Positions 55,395-61,504 of a DNA stretch of 64,000 nt are shown here, in pieces; position 1 is the stretch's first letter, and every line of letters begins with the position of its first letter. The stretch lies in the NCBI GenBank assembly GCA_037128135.1, contig JBAXXD010000008.1:1482-65481 (forward strand). The letters run 5' to 3'. This stretch comes from Verrucomicrobiia bacterium (GTDB taxonomy: Bacteria > Verrucomicrobiota > Verrucomicrobiia > Chthoniobacterales > Terrimicrobiaceae). The position numbers were made by a program, and so were the translations under genes. The notes below the pieces were generated by a model. The model ran no database searches. It was not told where the DNA came from and saw only the letters and a program-made list of their open reading frames with translations.

Positions 55395-56291
55395 ATGGCT
55401 GAACCGAAAAAGGAAACCGTTAGAATTGTTCTTCCCGCGCGCCGCGACGGCCTGCCTGTGGCCTCCACTCCGCGCGAAACGGCAATGATTAATCTTCCGG
55501 CCAAGCCGATGCCGGTTGCCGGCGGTTCCGCCCCGGCGGCTCCCTTTGGCCTCCGGCCGCCGGCCCCGTCCGGCCTGACGCCTCCCCCTCCGGCGATTCC
55601 CAGGCCGCCCTCGATGCCGCCGCCGCCGATGACGGCCGCTCCCACGCCGCCGTCCGTTCCGTCGTCGATGGCTTCCGTGACGTCCATTCCGAAGCCTCCT
55701 TCGACGATGACGCCGCCCTCGGTGCCGCCAGCGACGTCCATTTCGAAGCCGCCCTCGACGATGACGCCGCCCTCGGTGCCGCCGGAGACGTCCATTCCGA
55801 AGCCGCCCTCGGTGCCGGCGATGCCGTCCATTCCGAAGCCGCCGTCGAGTGCGGGCATCGGGGTTCCGCCGGTTGCGCCGACACTCACGCGTCCGGTGCC
55901 GCCTTCGGCACCTCCGGCACCGGCCGTTTCGCCCGCAGCTCCCAAGCCTCCGACGATTTTGCCCGGCGCATCGATTGCGCCGCTTGCGCCGAAGCCGCCC
56001 TTGGGTGGAGGATCTCCCGTCAAGCCCGTCGCCCCGGCTCCTCTCCAAGCCGAAACGAAAAAAGAGACGGCGAAGGTTCCGGCATCCGCGCCGGGAACCA
56101 AGGCGGGTCTGCCCCAGGCCACCGTTCAACTGCAGAGGCCGGCGGCCACCTCGAAGTCGCTTTCCACCAGCGGTGTCATTGTGGTGCCGCCGGGCGACTC
56201 CTCTTCCGAACTGAGCCCGGTGCTGGGCATTGCGGCGCTGGTCGTCGCGCTGCTTTCGCTCGGCGTTCAGCTCTGGATGATGCTCGCCTGA
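55395..56291 (+). CDS. proline-rich, C-terminally anchored protein
   Basis: ATG 55395 (the ORF-track start 54933 is antisense to purA). MAEPKKETVRIVLP N-terminus, ~250 aa of P/S/T/A-rich sequence, and a terminal TM (LGIAALVVALLSLGVQLWMMLA). Confidence 0.7.
   Translation: MAEPKKETVRIVLPARRDGLPVASTPRETAMINLPAKPMPVAGGSAPAAPFGLRPPAPSGLTPPPPAIPRPPSMPPPPMTAAPTPPSVPSSMASVTSIPKPPSTMTPPSVPPATSISKPPSTMTPPSVPPETSIPKPPSVPAMPSIPKPPSSAGIGVPPVAPTLTRPVPPSAPPAPAVSPAAPKPPTILPGASIAPLAPKPPLGGGSPVKPVAPAPLQAETKKETAKVPASAPGTKAGLPQATVQLQRPAATSKSLSTSGVIVVPPGDSSSELSPVLGIAALVVALLSLGVQLWMMLA
55679..55848 (+). repeat. in-frame 54-nt tandem repeat (about 3 units) inside the Pro-rich gene
   Basis: Units begin at 55679, 55733 and 55787 (GACGTCCATT(C/T)CGAAGCC...). 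They encode TSIPKPPSTMTPPSVPPA-type 18-aa repeats. The third unit is shortened. Confidence 0.8.
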
Positions 56292-56332
56292 TCGCCGGAT
56301 CCGCCGCTCTCAAATTCCAAAAAAACCAACCC

Positions 56333-56662
56333 ATGTCCAGCCCGCACGTCACCGAACTGAAAGACACCGATTTTGAAGCGTTCATCAAGAACGCAACCGC
56401 GCCCGTGCTTCTGGATTTTTGGGCCACCTGGTGCGCGCCCTGCCGGATGCTGACCCCGGTCGTCGAGGAGATCGCGGCCGAGAATGTCGGGAAGTTCGCG
56501 GTGGCGAAAGTCAATGTGGACGACTGCCCCGGAGCGGCCTCGCAGTTCGGAATCCGCAGCATTCCCACGCTGATCTACTTCAAGGGCGGCGAAAAAAAAG
56601 AGCAGTCGGTCGGGGTCTCAAGCAAGGCGGATATCGTCCGCCAGCTTGAAGCGCTGGCTTGA
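56333..56662 (+). CDS. trxA: thioredoxin
   Basis: 109-aa ORF with WCAPC active site (FWATWCAPCRM). Confidence 0.9.
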   Translation: MSSPHVTELKDTDFEAFIKNATAPVLLDFWATWCAPCRMLTPVVEEIAAENVGKFAVAKVNVDDCPGAASQFGIRSIPTLIYFKGGEKKEQSVGVSSKADIVRQLEALA

Positions 56663-56799
56663 AAAATGTCCCGCTCGGAGTTGCGGATTTTTCCGGAAAC
56701 CTCCTGTTTTTCGGGGTTTCGCTGAACTCTGTAAGCTCTTGAACTGAAGAACCGTTCCCGGGTTTGTCCGAGTTGAGCAGATAAACTCAGCCAACAGAT

Positions 56800-58458
56800 T
56801 TGACTTCTTCTCCGCCAAACTCCGCCGTCTGGGTTGTCATTCCCGTGCACAACAACGCGGGGACAATCCGGGATGTTGCGCTTGGCTGCCGCGGGATCGT
56901 TGGCAATGTGCTGATCGTGGATGACGGCAGCCGGGACGCCGATCTGCGCGAGTTGATGTCCGGCACCGGTATCCCCGTGATCCGGCACGAGACGAACTGC
57001 GGCAAGGGGGCGGCGCTTCTCACCGGTGCCCGCGAGGTCGCGAAACGCGGCGGGACGACCATGATCGCGATCGATGGCGACGGGCAGCATGACCCGGAGG
57101 ATCTCCCGGCATTTCTTCAGACCATCCAGGAGGATCCCGACGCGATCATTATCGGCGAGCGCGACATGAGCGGCGCGAATGTCCCCGGCAGAAGCCGGTT
57201 CGGGCGGAGGTTTTCGGATTTCTGGCTCCGGCTCGAAACGGGTCTGCCGCTCCGCGACACGCAGAGCGGATTCCGCGCCTATCCCGTACGCCATTTGCTC
57301 GCGCTACCGGCCTCGGGACGCAAATTTGATTTCGAAGTGGAAATTCTCGCCCTCGCCGCCTGGGCCGGACTCACGATCCGCAACGTTCCGATCCGGGTCT
57401 GGTATCCGCCTCCTCACGAGCGCGTCACGAGCTTTCGTCCGTTCCTGGACAACCTGCTGCTCACGCACCGCCACGTGCTCATCGTGCTGCGCCGCGTTCT
57501 TCCGCTCCCGCACAGGAAGCTTGTCGCTGGCACCGCGGATCCGGCCCGGAGGAAGCGCGGCAACGCGCTCGGCTTCTGGTTTTTCACCACCGCCGTCCGG
57601 CTGACCGGGCTGCGCGGGGCCTACGGGCTTCTGTTTTTTGTTAGTGCATGGTATGTGGTGTTCGACTCCTCGATCGTGCTGGCCGCGCTGGCGTATCTCA
57701 GGCGGCGGTTCCCAGCCGATGGTCTGCTGCGCCAGCGATGGAACGTCTATCAGCTTTTCATCGCGCAGGGCCGGTGCCTCATCGACCGATACTACCTCGT
57801 GCACGGCGGCGACCGCCTCCGCTTTCACCAGAGTGGCTTTGAAAAAGTCGCCCCGCTTCTCGCCGGCGAGCGCGGCTTCATCCTGCTCACCGCACACGTC
57901 GGCAACTGGCAGTCCGCCATGATCTCGCTCGAGGGATGGAACAAAACCGTCCACCTCCTGATACGCCCGGACGACGACGACCTCAGCACAAAAAAATTCG
58001 GCCTCTACCGGGAGTCCGGCCGCATCCGGACTATTAATCCCGCCGGCTACCTCGGCGGCGTGATCGGCGTGATGGCCGCGCTGGATGCGGGGGAGATCGT
58101 CTCCGTGATGGGCGACCGGGATTACAACACGCGGCGCAAATCGGCCGCCGAATTTTTCGGGGCGCCCGCCGAGTTCCCGTGCAGCGGGTTCCTCTTTGCC
58201 CATGCCGCCCGCGTCCCGCTCGCCGTGCTTTTTTCCGCCAAGACAGGGACCTACGAATATGAGGTGCGGATCGCGGGGATCATCGAGCCGCTTGCCGGGG
58301 AGCCCAAGGCCGCGTTCCTGCGCCGCGGGGTGCAGGAATACGCCGCGTTTCTGGAGGAGCATCTCCGGCGGTATCCGCTCCAGAGTTTTTTGTTCAAGGA
58401 TGTCTGGACGGGCGCGGCGTCTCCCATTAGCGTGCCGCAGACAATCGATCCGCGATGA
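56800..58458 (+). CDS. fusion protein: GT2 glycosyltransferase + LpxL/HtrB-type (lysophospholipid) acyltransferase
   Basis: 552-aa ORF (TTG start). N-half: VVIPVHNN...IVDDGSRD...DGDGQHDP (GT2). C-half: TAHVGNWQ (HxGNW(E/Q) acyltransferase motif) preceded by TM segments. Confidence 0.8.
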   Translation: MTSSPPNSAVWVVIPVHNNAGTIRDVALGCRGIVGNVLIVDDGSRDADLRELMSGTGIPVIRHETNCGKGAALLTGAREVAKRGGTTMIAIDGDGQHDPEDLPAFLQTIQEDPDAIIIGERDMSGANVPGRSRFGRRFSDFWLRLETGLPLRDTQSGFRAYPVRHLLALPASGRKFDFEVEILALAAWAGLTIRNVPIRVWYPPPHERVTSFRPFLDNLLLTHRHVLIVLRRVLPLPHRKLVAGTADPARRKRGNALGFWFFTTAVRLTGLRGAYGLLFFVSAWYVVFDSSIVLAALAYLRRRFPADGLLRQRWNVYQLFIAQGRCLIDRYYLVHGGDRLRFHQSGFEKVAPLLAGERGFILLTAHVGNWQSAMISLEGWNKTVHLLIRPDDDDLSTKKFGLYRESGRIRTINPAGYLGGVIGVMAALDAGEIVSVMGDRDYNTRRKSAAEFFGAPAEFPCSGFLFAHAARVPLAVLFSAKTGTYEYEVRIAGIIEPLAGEPKAAFLRRGVQEYAAFLEEHLRRYPLQSFLFKDVWTGAASPISVPQTIDPR

Positions 58459-58784
58459 ACCACACCGATTTCTCCAGCGAAGAGCTCCTGCCGAAAGTCC
58501 GGGCCAGGCTCAAGGAGCTCCTTGTTTCGCACCTCGCGCTGGAAGACATCACCCCGGAGGAGATCGGCGACGATGAAGCGATTTTCGGCGAGGGACTCGG
58601 GCTCGATTCGCTCGACGGCGTGGAAATCGTGGTGCTGCTCCAGCGGCAGTTCGGCGTGAACATCAAGGAGACCGAAAAGGGGAACGACCTCTTCCGATCG
58701 ATCAATACGCTGGCGAAATACATCGTCGAAAATTCCCCGAATCCGCTCGGGGTTCCCGCCGCCGCCTCCGAAGACGAAAAGTAG
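58455..58784 (+). CDS. acyl carrier protein
   Basis: 109-aa ORF whose start overlaps the upstream stop (ATGA). Phosphopantetheine site LGLDSLDGVEIV. Confidence 0.85.
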   Translation: MNHTDFSSEELLPKVRARLKELLVSHLALEDITPEEIGDDEAIFGEGLGLDSLDGVEIVVLLQRQFGVNIKETEKGNDLFRSINTLAKYIVENSPNPLGVPAAASEDEK

Positions 58785-58788
58785 CTTT

Positions 58789-59976
58789 GTGGCGGCGATT
58801 GGCATCTCGGGGCTGGGGGCGGTTTCCTCGCTTGGCAACACGATCCCCGAGACACTGGAATCATTTCGCGTTGGGCGCACCCGGCCGGGCAGGCTGACGC
58901 TGTTCGAATCGCCGCTTGATCTTCCGGTCTTCGAGGCTGCGCGGTTTCATGCGGAGCACCCATACTCCGACGGCCACCGCACGCGGGAGATGGCGCTGCA
59001 TGCGGCGCGCGAGGCGCTGGCGGACGCCGCGCTCGACCGGACCGCTCTCGACGCCGCACGGGTCGGCATCTGCCTCGGCACAACGGTCGCCAGCCAGCTC
59101 AACGACCTCGCGTTTTACCGCAGCTACAAAACCACCGGCACGGCGCCCCTGGCCCCGGTGCGCCGCTATCTCAAGGGCAATCTTGCCGAGGCGGTTGCCG
59201 CCGGGCTGGGCGTTCGGGCGATCACCGCCACTGTCACAAACGCGTGCTCCTCGGGCGCCGATGCCATTGCCATCGGCGCGCAATGGATCGAGGCCGGGCT
59301 TTGCGACATCGTGCTCGCGGGAGGAGCGGATGAATTGAACCGGGTGCCGTTGAGCGGATTTCATGCGCTCGGCCTGAGCAGCCCGCTTCCGTGCAGGCCG
59401 TTCGACAGGCGCCGGAGCGGGCTAAACCTCGGGGAAGGTGCGGGCGTCCTCATTATGGAATCCCCCGCACATGCCGCCGCCCGCGGACATGCTCCCCGCC
59501 TCGCGCTCTGCGGGCACGGCACCGCGTGCGACGCGCACCATCTCACCGCCCCGCATCCCGAGGGGCGCGGACTGAGCGCCGCGCTCGAGCGGGCGCTGGA
59601 TCTCGCCGGACTGCGACCCGGCGACATCGCGTTCGTCAACGCGCATGGCACCGGGACGCAGGACAACGATCTCATCGAGGGCCGCGCGCTCGCCGCCGTC
59701 TTCGGCCACTCGTTGCCCGTGCTCTCGACCAAAGGCTTCACCGGCCACACGCTCGGGGCGGCGGGCGGTTTGGAAGCCGTCTTCACCGGACTCGCCCTCC
59801 GCGAACGCTGGCTCCCGCCCAGCGCCGGATTTGAGGAGCAGGACGAACGCATCCCGATCACCCCGCTCAGCGAGCGCACGGAAATTTGCGGGCGGTTTGC
59901 GATCTCCACCTCGCTCGCCTTCGGCGGCAACAACACCGCCCTTTTGATCGGCCTCACCGAAGGGGGCGCACCATGA
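58789..59976 (+). CDS. beta-ketoacyl-ACP synthase (FabF-like, catalytically complete)
   Basis: 395-aa ORF (GTG start, 4 nt after the ACP stop). Cys-His-His triad: NACSSGADA, AHGTGTQ, GHTLGAAG. Confidence 0.9.
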   Translation: MAAIGISGLGAVSSLGNTIPETLESFRVGRTRPGRLTLFESPLDLPVFEAARFHAEHPYSDGHRTREMALHAAREALADAALDRTALDAARVGICLGTTVASQLNDLAFYRSYKTTGTAPLAPVRRYLKGNLAEAVAAGLGVRAITATVTNACSSGADAIAIGAQWIEAGLCDIVLAGGADELNRVPLSGFHALGLSSPLPCRPFDRRRSGLNLGEGAGVLIMESPAHAAARGHAPRLALCGHGTACDAHHLTAPHPEGRGLSAALERALDLAGLRPGDIAFVNAHGTGTQDNDLIEGRALAAVFGHSLPVLSTKGFTGHTLGAAGGLEAVFTGLALRERWLPPSAGFEEQDERIPITPLSERTEICGRFAISTSLAFGGNNTALLIGLTEGGAP

Positions 59977-61043
59977 CCGCATTCCTCAACGGCATGGGAA
60001 TCGTCGCCTCCACGGGACGGGGCACGGCCGCCCTCCGATCGGCTCTGCAACAGGGTTGGCGGCCGCCCAACACGATCGCGCTGCCCGATGGACGCGACCT
60101 GCCGGTTTACCCGCTGCCGCCCGACGCCCTCGACGATAAATCGTTCGGACGCAAAATCCGCCGCGCCGACCGCCTCGCCAGGATGGCCGTGTTGGCCGCT
60201 GCCGACGCCCTCCGCGATGCGCGGATCCAGCCCGACCCGCGCCGGATCGGGCTCGTTGTTGCCAGCGCGTTCGGCTCCCACGCCACGACGTTTGAATTCC
60301 TCGACGAGATCCTGACCTACGGCGACGCGGAGGTTTCGCCCACCGTCTTCTCCCATTCCGTCCAGAATGCCGCCGCCGCCTATGTGGCGTCCGTCCTCGA
60401 TATCCAGGGTCCGGTGATGACGCTCACGCAAGTCCATTTCGCTTTTCACCACGCGCTCGTCCTCGCCCGCCAATGGCTGGACTCCGGGCAATGCGACCAC
60501 GTGCTCGTCGGAGGCGCTGACGAACTCGGCGGCGTCATGCGGTTCATCTGGCGGTCGCTCCTTCGCGCTCCGGCCGACGGACGGCTCCGCCCGTTTGCGT
60601 TCGCAAAAGAACCCGCGGCAATTCCCGGCGAGGGGAGCGCATTTTTTCTGCTCTCCGCCAAGCCCGGTCCCTGCGCCTGCGCGAGGGTGGAACTGATCCG
60701 GATCGCCTCGTGGGTTCCGCCCGCCACGCCGCCCGGTCTGCACATCCTGGAAGCCGACGGGACGCTCGGCGACGAATCCGGCTACGCGGCCCCGGCGGCA
60801 TCCGGCGCGCGCCTCGCCGCCTATGCGCCGGTTTTTGGCAGCATGCCCTGTGGCACCCCGCTCCAATTGGCCGCCGCCGCGCTCATGCTCCAGGAGCAGG
60901 TCTGCTTCGCGACGCCGGTGCCCGGGGACTCCGGGCTCCCCCTCTGCCTCGCCACCGCGCCCCAGCCACTCGCCTCGATCCATCTCACCCGCCTCCACTG
61001 CAACGGCTCGGCGGCACACATCCAACTCACCCATCACAATTGA
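59973..61043 (+). CDS. ketosynthase-like partner lacking the active-site Cys (chain-length-factor-like)
   Basis: ATG 59973 overlaps the KS stop (ATGA). TLTQVHFAF replaces TVTNACSSG. No HGTGT or GHxxGAxG. The SPTVFSHSVQNAAAAY motif recalls the KS-N-terminal-like (Ketoacyl-synt_2) family. Confidence 0.8.
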   Translation: MTAFLNGMGIVASTGRGTAALRSALQQGWRPPNTIALPDGRDLPVYPLPPDALDDKSFGRKIRRADRLARMAVLAAADALRDARIQPDPRRIGLVVASAFGSHATTFEFLDEILTYGDAEVSPTVFSHSVQNAAAAYVASVLDIQGPVMTLTQVHFAFHHALVLARQWLDSGQCDHVLVGGADELGGVMRFIWRSLLRAPADGRLRPFAFAKEPAAIPGEGSAFFLLSAKPGPCACARVELIRIASWVPPATPPGLHILEADGTLGDESGYAAPAASGARLAAYAPVFGSMPCGTPLQLAAAALMLQEQVCFATPVPGDSGLPLCLATAPQPLASIHLTRLHCNGSAAHIQLTHHN

Positions 61044-61051
61044 CCACCATC

Positions 61052-61315
61052 ATGACGAACGCTCCCGCCGCCAGTGAAATCGAACGCGCACTCCTCACCG
61101 AAATCTCCGGCATGTTCCCGGAGGTTCCCGACATCACCTCCGCCACGCCGCTCCAACAGCTCGGGCTCGACTCGCTGCGCCTCTTCGGGATTTTTGTCCT
61201 CATCGAAAATCAATTCGGCCTGAGACTTCTCGACGGCCCTCTCACCCGAGAAATGCTCGAAAACATTTCCTCCCTCGCCGCCGAGACCGCCCGCCGCCTC
61301 GCCGCCGAAGCCTGA
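61052..61315 (+). CDS. acyl carrier protein (second copy)
   Basis: 87-aa reading from ATG 61052 (the ORF-track 60710 start overlaps the upstream gene). LGLDSLRLFGIF phosphopantetheine site. Confidence 0.8.
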   Translation: MTNAPAASEIERALLTEISGMFPEVPDITSATPLQQLGLDSLRLFGIFVLIENQFGLRLLDGPLTREMLENISSLAAETARRLAAEA

Positions 61316-61504
61316 TCCCGCGCCGCAAGGAGCCCCTCCTAAATCAGCGCGGATGATCAGGATTTCCGCAGATTCCCAAAGCTTGTTCCTGGTGGAATCA
61401 CGCAGAGCGGAGTTGGTTGGTTGCCCGGCCCGCCGGTTTCCGAACGCACACAAGGGCCGGAAATCAAACTTGACGCCAAATCGAGAGTTCCGCACTCTCA
61501 TACA

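Noticed and set aside
55679-55848. Tandem repeat considered as a CRISPR-like or satellite array
   Set aside because: The units are contiguous with no spacers and in-frame with a 54-nt period. They lie inside a coding sequence and encode an 18-aa proline-rich repeat.
59361-61037. 558-aa minus-strand ORF
   Set aside because: It is antisense to the KS and KS-partner genes, which have catalytic motifs and coupled starts and stops on the plus strand.
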